A DNA stretch of 60,019 nt from a virus (lineage: Duplodnaviria; Caudoviricetes), in IMG/VR virus record IMGVR_UViG_3300015171_000004, positions 1 to 60,019 of that record; one strand, written 5' to 3'. A program made the position numbers and the translations under genes. How positions within the stretch are numbered: the stretch's first letter is position 1; each line of letters starts with the position of its first letter. Below, in pieces: positions 27,740-36,400 of the stretch. The notes under the pieces were generated by a model. It was given only the letters and a program-made list of their open reading frames with translations, searched no databases and was not told the origin of the DNA.

Positions 27740-28009
27740 CTAATCGTTGGCGGGCGGCTTTGGTAACTTGTCGATCTCCTTAGTGATATGCTTGCGCATC
27801 TTTAACAGCGACATGTAGATCTCGGTATCGTCGTCGTCCATGACTTCGTTTACTTCTTTCCCCATCTCATCGGACGCGGAAACTAGGGCTAGTCTAGCTG
27901 TTACCAAATGTTCCCGGCGTCTTCGCGCCCTTGTCTGATCTTCCTCTGTGGTCTCGACGTTCTTGCTAAATCCTATCTGTGGCATTAGAGTACCTTTCCT
28001 TCTATCCAT
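27740..28009 (-). CDS. Hypothetical protein
   Basis: ORF track. Confidence 0.6.
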   Translation of the reverse strand: MDRRKGTLMPQIGFSKNVETTEEDQTRARRRREHLVTARLALVSASDEMGKEVNEVMDDDDTEIYMSLLKMRKHITKEIDKLPKPPAND

Positions 28010-28167
28010 TCAACTTCCATATTCATGAAAGCTACGTTCTCTCCTAAGTTTTTCAGGTGTCGCTCTAGGTTTTCCGACACCATCCGGAGCGCCTCGTATG
28101 CGCTGTTGACGTTGACGAAGAATTTTACTTCTTCGCCTCCGCTAAGTGTAACAGTAACCTTATACAT
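27985..28167 (-). CDS. Hypothetical protein
   Basis: Coupled ORF. Confidence 0.6.
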   Translation of the reverse strand: MYKVTVTLSGGEEVKFFVNVNSAYEALRMVSENLERHLKNLGENVAFMNMEVEWIEGKVL

Positions 28168-29590
28168 TCTCGAAATCGCCTCTCGACTGTTTGCGCACTA
28201 CATCTAGGTACACATGTGACACCGATACAACGCCCTTGCTATCGTTGACCGTCATAAGAGTCTGGGAGGGACGGTGAATGCTCTTGTGGGCGCTTAGTAC
28301 GTACGGAGACGTGGGTGGGAAAGAACCGTTCACTACACACATCGTATCGTACCCCGTATTGAACTGTACGGCGTTATGGAAGTGACCAATGACGTACACG
28401 TCAATCACGCCCTCAAAATGCTGGTACTTGTTTACGGCAGTGATCATTGCGTTCATCGGTACACCAACCGCGCCGCCAGCACCCCGGATGCTAGATCCGT
28501 GTTCAAACAGGACATTCAGGTCTCCAACCTGGGTTACAGCGTAGATGCTTTCGTGGTTAGTGAGAGTCACGCGACCGGCGCCAATTGGTCCCTCTAGTAT
28601 CTGTCTTGCAACCTCGCCAGCCATCCAGTCATACGAGCTAGCTGGGTCAATTTCGGCAAGCCCGCCGAGTCCTGCTTTTTGGCTTGTGCGTGCATGGTTT
28701 CCAGACACACGTTCCACTTGCACTTCGGCAACGAATGGTAGGAGCGAGGCGACGAACTGCGCCAACAAGCGACCGTATGCAACCGACTGTTTGACCGCGA
28801 TAGGCCCAACGAAACGATGCTGTGATGGGCGCATATCGTCACCGTCAACGTCGTCACCTAAGTCAAGAATGATCAACTTGCGAAACTGCTGTTTAATGGA
28901 CTCCTTAACGACGCCTGCATGCAGCATCTCAAACTGGCGCTCCGCATCTTTGGAGGTGTATTCGTATCCGCTAGTGAGGCGGGCAGGAACATGCATGCCG
29001 TAGTGTACATCTGAGATGATAAGCAAGCCGACATTCTCACTGTGTTCGTTGTTGTAAGCAATCAATTTGGGTGTCTCAACACGTGCCGATACGCTTCTAA
29101 CGGACTCGGTGTACTGACGACGAACTGCCTCACGCTGCGCAAGTTCCCGAAGCTCCCTAACGCTTTCCATATTGGCAAGCTTATCACCGTACTCTTGTAC
29201 CGCGTCTTCGGTGTCTTGGCTTACGGCCATCTGCATTAGCTTGTCACCCAACTCCCTGACCTGCTCGGCAGTCGTTCCCTGCTGTTGTGCGTACAGAGGA
29301 TAGGAGGTGTCTGCGGTGATATTTACCTTGATATCGGATGGTGATGTGTACCGTGCATCCTCGTGACCCTGCACAAAGTCAAAGCCCCTTGTGTCTTCGG
29401 TTACTGCTTTCTTCGCGGCAGACTCTGCATAGTGTGCCTTGACGATATTCTTAGCGGCGTGTCTGGTTACTCCAAAGGCGCGGCCCAGGTCTGCATACGA
29501 TAGCTTAGGGTTGCCATCGAACATGTTTACTAGTTGTTTTGCAATCTGGTTATATTTACTGGACATGTTTTCTACTTTCTTGCTATTCAA
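28160..29590 (-). CDS. Calcineurin-like metallophosphoesterase with N-terminal HTH
   Basis: ISDVHYG, LGDDVDG, SGNH, EHG, IGHFH; N-terminal SYADLGRAFGVTRHAA. Confidence 0.88.
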   Translation of the reverse strand: MNSKKVENMSSKYNQIAKQLVNMFDGNPKLSYADLGRAFGVTRHAAKNIVKAHYAESAAKKAVTEDTRGFDFVQGHEDARYTSPSDIKVNITADTSYPLYAQQQGTTAEQVRELGDKLMQMAVSQDTEDAVQEYGDKLANMESVRELRELAQREAVRRQYTESVRSVSARVETPKLIAYNNEHSENVGLLIISDVHYGMHVPARLTSGYEYTSKDAERQFEMLHAGVVKESIKQQFRKLIILDLGDDVDGDDMRPSQHRFVGPIAVKQSVAYGRLLAQFVASLLPFVAEVQVERVSGNHARTSQKAGLGGLAEIDPASSYDWMAGEVARQILEGPIGAGRVTLTNHESIYAVTQVGDLNVLFEHGSSIRGAGGAVGVPMNAMITAVNKYQHFEGVIDVYVIGHFHNAVQFNTGYDTMCVVNGSFPPTSPYVLSAHKSIHRPSQTLMTVNDSKGVVSVSHVYLDVVRKQSRGDFENV

Positions 29591-29603
29591 TTTCTCTCAC
29601 TAG

Positions 29604-29633
29604 TACTAACGTGCGTCCCTGCAAGATTATTCC
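29604..29633 (-). promoter_or_regulatory. Class II promoter GGAATAA-N15-CGTTAGTA
   Basis: Motif with 15-bp spacer. Confidence 0.8.
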
Positions 29634-29634
29634 A

Positions 29635-30090
29635 CTACTTTTTGTTGGCTCTCTTCTGCCAAAAGTTTTTCTCATAGGTATCGGACTTAAAAATGTCTTC
29701 AATGCGTCCATTCTTCTCGTTGTATGTGTATCCCTCAAGTTCCGGTAACTCTTCCCAAACTGTCAGGAAACAGGTCATTTCATCTTCGGTGGCTCTGAAT
29801 GTGGTTATGGCATGATAGCCAAGTTCCCTAAAATGATCTACCATATCGTTACGCATCGTTGCCGGAATAACTACGGTGGTGTATGCGAACGGGCCTGTGT
29901 CCTTCTGGCTCAATCCGAAAAACACCATATCCGTGTAGGTACTGCGGCTTAACTGTGGCTCACGTGTTCCCGGCCTTCCGATAAGTTCATCTATCTGTTT
30001 TTTCATCGTTGCGTCCATCTCGTTTATGTTCTCCCATTTCTTTCTTGCTAAATCTATCCGTTTGTTTAGTCGTCTTCGTTTCCGTGTCAA
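29635..30090 (-). CDS. Hypothetical protein
   Basis: ORF after class II promoter. Confidence 0.7.
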   Translation of the reverse strand: MTRKRRRLNKRIDLARKKWENINEMDATMKKQIDELIGRPGTREPQLSRSTYTDMVFFGLSQKDTGPFAYTTVVIPATMRNDMVDHFRELGYHAITTFRATEDEMTCFLTVWEELPELEGYTYNEKNGRIEDIFKSDTYEKNFWQKRANKK

Positions 30091-30107
30091 TGTTTCTCTC
30101 TCACTAA

Positions 30108-30137
30108 TACTAACGCATGCCGTGGGCGGATTATTCC
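30108..30137 (-). promoter_or_regulatory. Class II promoter GGAATAA-N15-CGTTAGTA
   Basis: Motif with 15-bp spacer. Confidence 0.8.
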
Positions 30138-30435
30138 ATCAGTTAGAAACAGGTGCACCAATGCGCCCAAGGACAAGTATACCATAGCGGTTGTGTCGTG
30201 TATAGGGTGGTGTGTTCGCATGCGTGTGTACGTGTGTATACGAGAAAGCATAGTAGCGTTGATGAGAGGGTTGTCAGGGGCTTCGTGTGGTCAAAGTGGT
30301 ATGATTATGGGTCTATGCATTTACAGGCCATCTCTTGACCGTCTCATTAGATATATAACTGAGGCGAATGATTTGGATGAAAACCATAACGAATGTTTCC
30401 CCTTAGTAAACCCCTTCTCTCCGGTTGACTACCTA

Positions 30436-30464
30436 AGTATAATAGTATTCTTGTATCTTGTCAA
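30436..30464 (-). promoter_or_regulatory. sigma70-type promoter TTGACA-N17-TATACT
   Basis: -35 30459-30464, -10 30436-30441. Confidence 0.65.
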
Positions 30465-30660
30465 GGGTATATATTATGGAAGATATATAGTATACATATT
30501 GGAGTAAGGATAGTCCTATATCTATAGATATTATACTGGGATATATATATAGTCTTATATTTGGGAGTAAGAGTTATGGAAGATACATAGTGAGGATACA
30601 TATCTACAATCCTTATATTGTGAGGATATAAAGCCCTGATATATGGGTATTTTATATTGG
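30465..30660. other. AT-rich non-coding region with direct repeats, candidate origin
   Basis: TTATGGAAGATAYATAGT at 30474 and 30574; GGAGTAAG twice; GTGAGGATA twice; lies at the strand switch. Confidence 0.45.
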
Positions 30661-30661
30661 A

Positions 30662-30691
30662 GGAATATTTCATCTCTCGCATACGTTGGTA
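30662..30691 (+). promoter_or_regulatory. Class II promoter GGAATAT-N15-CGTTGGTA
   Basis: Upstream of the Rha gene. Confidence 0.75.
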
Positions 30692-30750
30692 TTAATGTGA
30701 GGGAAAGTACCCCACAATTAAAATGAAAGAAAGAAAGAAAAGAGAAAACA

Positions 30751-31479
30751 ATGACAAACGAACTTACCATTATTGAAGTAAACAATGAGAGCCGTATTGA
30801 TAGCCGGTTGGTTGCTGCTAGGTTGGAAGTTGACCACAAAGTGATTAAGGAAAATATTAGAGAGTACAAGTCAGCTTTTGAGACGCTCGGCTCACTGCCC
30901 CCTCTTGAAACGGCGGCAGTCAAAGAAGAGGGCGCAAGAGGGACTAAATACGCAACCTACTACATGTTGAATGAAGATCAATCGGTCTTTCTCATAACGC
31001 TATCGAGAAACACTAGCGCAGTGGTTGGTGCTAAGTTGGCAGTGACCCAGGCATTCAGTCAAGCACGCAAACAACCCGCCAAAGTAGACTTCAGTAACCT
31101 TACTACTGATCAAATGGACATGTTTGTGGGAGTCGTGAGCCAGGCAAAGATAGATAAGCTGGGGAGAATTGAGGCTGAGAAACAACTATCCATAGCAGCA
31201 CCCAAAGCCAGCAAGTGGGAGAAGTTTCTCGATACAGAAGGGTACATATCCTCCAACGAATTAGCAAAGCTGCTGGGGCTTAGAAGAAATAAGATGTTAT
31301 CGTCATTCCGTGATAGTGGTATTCTCACCAACACCAACCTAGCCACACAGTCTATGATCGACCGACATCCCGATTTTTTCAAGGTTGGAGTGACCGAAGA
31401 CGGCTATGCATACACGCGATACTCCGCAAGGTTCATCGACTGGTACACCACAAAGCAGGGGATGACATTGGTCTCGTAA
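30751..31479 (+). CDS. Rha-family regulator fused to antirepressor KilAC-like domain
   Basis: IDSRLVAARLEVDHK...YMLNEDQSVFL...AKLAV..AF; APKASKWEKFLDTEG..SSNELAKLLG. Confidence 0.88.
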   Translation: MTNELTIIEVNNESRIDSRLVAARLEVDHKVIKENIREYKSAFETLGSLPPLETAAVKEEGARGTKYATYYMLNEDQSVFLITLSRNTSAVVGAKLAVTQAFSQARKQPAKVDFSNLTTDQMDMFVGVVSQAKIDKLGRIEAEKQLSIAAPKASKWEKFLDTEGYISSNELAKLLGLRRNKMLSSFRDSGILTNTNLATQSMIDRHPDFFKVGVTEDGYAYTRYSARFIDWYTTKQGMTLVS

Positions 31480-31481
31480 AT

Positions 31482-31511
31482 GGAATAACCTGGGGACGGG
31501 AAACGTTAGTA
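31482..31511 (+). promoter_or_regulatory. Class II promoter GGAATAA-N15-CGTTAGTA
   Basis: Motif with 15-bp spacer. Confidence 0.8.
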
Positions 31512-31521
31512 TTAGTGAGGT

Positions 31522-31589
31522 TAGTACAAATGGTTCTCTCCCCATAGTACTATTGCCTCATTGACCTAGCGGAATAAATGCCGTATAAC
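31522..31589 (+). promoter_or_regulatory. Early promoter cassette 13 (adjacent class)
   Basis: Boxes 31523 and 31546; TTGACC 31561-31566, N17, TATAAC 31584-31589. Confidence 0.8.
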
Positions 31590-31632
31590 TAGTACATAGA
31601 AACAAGTTACGGAACACACAATAAAGAAAGAA

Positions 31633-32469
31633 GTGGAAAACACAGTGAACAAAATTTACGCAACAATCGCAGGCATTCTCATCACACTAACATTCATTCT
31701 ATCGTCCGGTATCGGTCAGGCACACGCGGCAACCGGAGCATCATTTAGCATGCGCCCAACGCACGGCAACCCCGGTGACACCAATTCGATGTACTACTTT
31801 GTCATTAACGGCTCCGCTGGGGACGTAGTCTCGAATAGCTTGCACGTATTCAATGCTGGTGGTTCATACGGGCAGGCAACACTTAAGCCAACCGACGCAA
31901 CGACAATGCAGTATGGAGGGATCGCGTTCCCAACCACTACTCCGGTCGCGGTTGGTACATGGATATCCCCGCTGCCCTCTGTCGTCTCTCTTAATGCCGT
32001 CTCTAGTACCGACATTCCTTTTACCGTTTCGATACCTAGCGACGCCACAGCAGGGTTACATATGGGCGGCGTAGTTCTACAGCCTGTGGTTCCATCCAGC
32101 AACGGAGTTTTAAAGACAGTCGGCCAGATGGCTATCCCCGTTATGGTGAATGTTTCAGGCCCGCTAAACAACTCTCTTGTGTCTAACGGAAAAGCATCGT
32201 ACAGCGTGAATGGCACGTACACATCTGTGGGTCTTCCTATCCTTAATGCCGGGAACACGCTCCTGCATCCATCTATCACCGCCACAGTGTACGACCACAA
32301 CGGAGTAGCGGTTACGAATATCACACGAAACATTCTAGCAATGCTTCCTGGTTCATCCATGACATACCCGGTGTCGTTGAATGCGCCAAGCGGAACATAC
32401 AAGATTGACGCGACCCTCACATACGAGGGCGGAAATGTTCTCCACTTATTCAAGTGTTTCACTGTCTAG
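31633..32469 (+). CDS. Secreted DUF916-like (WxL-interacting type) surface protein
   Basis: Signal peptide ending AHAA; YFV...GD...L.V.N.G; DATT; IPFTVSIPSDATAG.H.GG; N.GNT. Confidence 0.7.
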   Translation: MENTVNKIYATIAGILITLTFILSSGIGQAHAATGASFSMRPTHGNPGDTNSMYYFVINGSAGDVVSNSLHVFNAGGSYGQATLKPTDATTMQYGGIAFPTTTPVAVGTWISPLPSVVSLNAVSSTDIPFTVSIPSDATAGLHMGGVVLQPVVPSSNGVLKTVGQMAIPVMVNVSGPLNNSLVSNGKASYSVNGTYTSVGLPILNAGNTLLHPSITATVYDHNGVAVTNITRNILAMLPGSSMTYPVSLNAPSGTYKIDATLTYEGGNVLHLFKCFTV

Positions 32470-32484
32470 TCAGAGGATAACACA

Positions 32485-32516
32485 AAAGGGACGCCCCATA
32501 AAACAGGCGTCCCTTT
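32485..32516. terminator. Bidirectional intrinsic terminator
   Basis: AAAGGGACGCC...GGCGTCCCTTT between convergent genes. Confidence 0.85.
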
Positions 32517-32528
32517 CTTGCTTCATCG

Positions 32529-32966
32529 CTATTTTATAGGATGCGTTGCGAAGAAATACACAAGCCCCAGCACAACGGAAAGGACCGATATAATAGCAGA
32601 TATGAGACATCCGCCAGCGCTGATTGCAATACCTATCCAGCCACGCACACCGTTAGGAGACTCTTCAATCTTCGTCACGCGCCGCTCTATGGAGTTGTAG
32701 GCGTCAAGACTAACCTTCTCGCTTAGCGCATGCTCCATAGGGGCTATCTTACTGACTGCTGCCTGAATGGCTATCTTCAGTTCATTCTGTGAGTTGGTAA
32801 GATCTTTCATCTGTACGTCAATCGATGTCTCGATTGAAGTCAGTTTGTTCTCCATCTTGTTTTCAAAGTTACGAAAATCCTGGGTGTTTAGGTAGTTTTG
32901 TAAGTCAACGTTGCTAGCGTTATGGCCGTTGTTCTGTCTGCCCCCTCCCTGTTGTCTGCTATTCAT
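32529..32966 (-). CDS. Coiled-coil plus C-terminal TM protein (possible lysis accessory)
   Basis: End of tail operon; C-terminal hydrophobic helix. Confidence 0.6.
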   Translation of the reverse strand: MNSRQQGGGRQNNGHNASNVDLQNYLNTQDFRNFENKMENKLTSIETSIDVQMKDLTNSQNELKIAIQAAVSKIAPMEHALSEKVSLDAYNSIERRVTKIEESPNGVRGWIGIAISAGGCLISAIISVLSVVLGLVYFFATHPIK

Positions 32967-32990
32967 CGGTTTATCTTTCTTCTACAATGC

Positions 32991-33470
32991 TTAACTAAAT
33001 GTATCGGTTCTTACTATGGTTAGTGTTTGGGCGCTTGTCTTGGATAGCGGGAATGGACTGCCGGGAACAACCCGCGCTATCATAACCCCGCTATTTGCCG
33101 CTGACTTTGCGCTGGGGCTTGCGAACCACCCAACTTCGCGCAGTGTGTATCCGTTCGCTTGCGTCGTGCTAAAAACCGCAGTGCTAGTCATAACGCCCGT
33201 ACCCCCGGCGCCGTATGCTGTGATGGCGTTTCTATACACCTCTGTTACCAGCGTGCGTTGAGATACCGACGCCGTTGTGCTGTCGGTGCCAAGAGCGCAA
33301 TAGCGTATCTTCGTGTCAGCGACGGCCCCCCTAGCGCAGTCCCTTTGGAGGTTACGACCGCTATCTACGATAAGATTGTATCCCTCCCATATGCGTGTGA
33401 CAATCCCGGTCTCTTCGTCGGTTAGGTCAACTGTGATGTATCCGCTTCGTTTCTGGTATTCGTTAATCAT
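32991..33470 (-). CDS. Minor tail/baseplate protein
   Basis: NLIVDSGRN...ALGT...LVTEVYR...ANG.TLREVG.F. Confidence 0.75.
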   Translation of the reverse strand: MINEYQKRSGYITVDLTDEETGIVTRIWEGYNLIVDSGRNLQRDCARGAVADTKIRYCALGTDSTTASVSQRTLVTEVYRNAITAYGAGGTGVMTSTAVFSTTQANGYTLREVGWFASPSAKSAANSGVMIARVVPGSPFPLSKTSAQTLTIVRTDTFS

Positions 33471-33495
33471 TGCTTCCTCGTTTCTTTCCTTTGCG

Positions 33496-36400
33496 CTAGG
33501 TTATGGTGTAGGTTACGCTCTCAGATTGCGCTATGCCCTCGCTAAAGGTTAGGCTATTGCTTACAATTGTTCCCGTACCCAGGTTGATGTTAGCAATACT
33601 GCTAACGGTGGATAATTTGCCTATGGCACGCTCCCACGACCCGGTTAGAGGGCCGTTCGTTGCTTGCACATCAAAGTATAGCAACGGCCAGTCGTCGGTC
33701 ACGTCAACCTTCTCGACTACGAATTGAGTCTCCGTTATTCCATATTGAGGCAGGTATACTGTTATCATCATACCCGGTTTTATGGAATTATTCAAGGTTC
33801 TAAAGGTTATCTGTTGACCCTGCACACAAAACTCTGACATAAGACCGTTCGCAAGATCGTACGACGCCTGTAAGGTGAGTATGTTTGTACCATCGGTTAC
33901 CTCCTCCACAATGCCCGTACCAAATCCCTCGTTATTTTGCGTATATTGCACCTGTCCAGTGTCTACCACTTTCACCACCGTGTCATAGTACCCAACGTAC
34001 TTGACTAGCATCTTAGAGTTACCCTTTAGGATAACGCCGCTGGTGTCCTGGGATATCACGGTAGAACCTAGTTGCCAGTAAAAATCCTTGCCTCCATCCA
34101 CCCCAGATATCCCCACCGTCTTAACCACGTTATTCACGGTTATTCGTGGTGGTTGTGCTAGTGGATAGTTGGCATTCCATGATGTTTGATACCCATTCCC
34201 CACGAAGTTAAAGTTTTGTTCAGACGTGAGGTTCTTTCCGCCTACAACCCACTGATAATTTCGATAGAGGGGGTTTCCGAAGGTAACCTTCGGCAGTCCT
34301 ATGATATTGCCGCCGTGTACGATAACAGGCGCCCACCTTGACGCCCCGCCTTTATACCACAACACTCCGTCCGCATCGATGTTAGACCAAAAGTTAGACC
34401 GGGAAACAAGGTCTCGTATGCAGTCAGAAACGTACGCATAATTAAACGTCGCCTGATTGACCACAGGCCCAGCGTCGATCTGGTAAGGTCTCACACCAAA
34501 GTTTAGATCACTTACGTATGGAGTATAATCGGGGTCAGTGCTAGTGAAGTTTGCTTTGACACGTATGGTTTTAGATCCTATGTTGTTGCCGTACGGCATA
34601 ACTGCAAACGTCGTGACGACACCATGCGCCGGGTAACTCCCCGTACCATTTACCAGTCTCGGCCCGCCAACGCAAGAGACGGGGGGATAGGGATCTACCC
34701 ACTGATTGAGGATGATTTTTCCGTTTATCGTTACGGTGCATATCCCGTCAAAGTAGTCAATGATTAGTCTATGATAATCCCCGCGCTTCAGTTCGAAGGG
34801 TACGGTTACGCTGAAGTACTGCGTGCTTGCCGCCCACTTCTCAAACACAATCGTATTCTTGGTTATTCCTGGGTTTGCCGTGTGGTCGTCATTGCAGGTG
34901 ACATAGAACCATATTCCGCCCCCATATCCGGCCAATAGACCCAGGCCCTCTGCCTCTGTGAAGTCGAGATAGTACTTCGCGCTATCATACGACCCATAGT
35001 TGGTATACTTTATGGTTGCACTGCTCGTGCAGTCCATCGTAAGGTTATAGTTTACTTCGTCAACTATCCTATTCGTGAACGTCCCTAGCTGGGTGTAGTT
35101 CCCGGCTATGTCGTCGGTTGTGAAGTTGTCGATGAATGGGGTAGGCGACAAGCTAAGGTTAGGAATAGTTGATCCTGCTGTAACGCTCTGATAGGTGCTG
35201 CCGCCGTCCGTAGACGTAAACATGTTTAGCGTCTTTGTGCTATCGATGTTTCCCGGTTGCCACGATATGGTAGCGTTCCCGGCGCGTGGTATTGGCGTAA
35301 GGACTAGGGCGGACGATATCCACGTACCGCTAGTGCTGTAGGGAGCCAAGACGTAGTACGTTATGCCCGTTAGCGTCGGTGTAACCGTTGGGTCTAGCGT
35401 TGTCAGCGTGACCCTAAAGCGGACCTGAACGCCCGACAAGCTTTGACCGACCGTAAGGTTAGGGTTAACGACACCCCCATTGCTAACTAGTTGCCATGTT
35501 GACCCGCTATTGATGGAGGACTCCACTATCATAGCCGTGCTAAATGGAAGATTAGAACCCCATCCCACGATAGAAGTCTGGTACGTGCCAGCCGCCTGAA
35601 TGAAGTTATCTGCCGATGTCCATGTACCCTTGTAGACGCCCGCGATAGCCGGGGTGGTTGCGAGACACACAAGGTTCTGATATGTTGCGTACTTCTGAAG
35701 CGTGTCGGTGCTTGCCAGTATTAATCCTGACTTCGCGTTAGTTGTGTACGTGCTATCGGTTACTGTCATATACAAGGCACCGTCAACATACACGAGATGG
35801 GAGCTACCATTTATCTCGATACGGAGCCGCAGCATGGTGCCAGCCGCCCACGACGTTGTATTGGTTGATATGGTGGTTATTGCCCCGCCCGCACTGTTGT
35901 TTTGCCCCTTTACCAGCTTCATTCCGATGTTACTGCCCACCTCGTTAAAGAGCACGACGGCATAAGCAAAACATCCCTTATTTGCTGAGAACGCCGCCTG
36001 CGCAGTGTTGTATATAAGCCCCGTCCATTGATTTTGTGGTGGGAATGGAATGTCAACGCTAACGGTGTATGTGTGACCTGCTGTTATGGTGGGGATGTCA
36101 GCACAATACACGTACGTTTGCCCCTGGGCAGCCGTTCCGCTTCTTAGGCGCATGCCCTGATAAGCCTGCCCGGTATCGATAACAGAAGAACCCACTCCAT
36201 AGGTCGTTATATTTGGCGTTCCCTTTAGGTCAACCGTGTGAATGTCGAGAGTGAGGTTTCTATCCCCGAAGTCGTGCGTGTCTATCTTTGTTGTGCCTGT
36301 TCCCGACCAGTCGGTGCTTTGAAAAAGGGCGTTCACTACGTCCTGTTTCCCCGTACCGTTATATCTGTAGCTAGTTCTGATGTTACTCTGAAACCCATAT

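Noticed and set aside
31794-32462. 222-aa minus-strand ORF, and the many plus-strand ORFs opposite real genes
   Set aside because: Antisense shadows of better-supported genes, with no recognisable motifs
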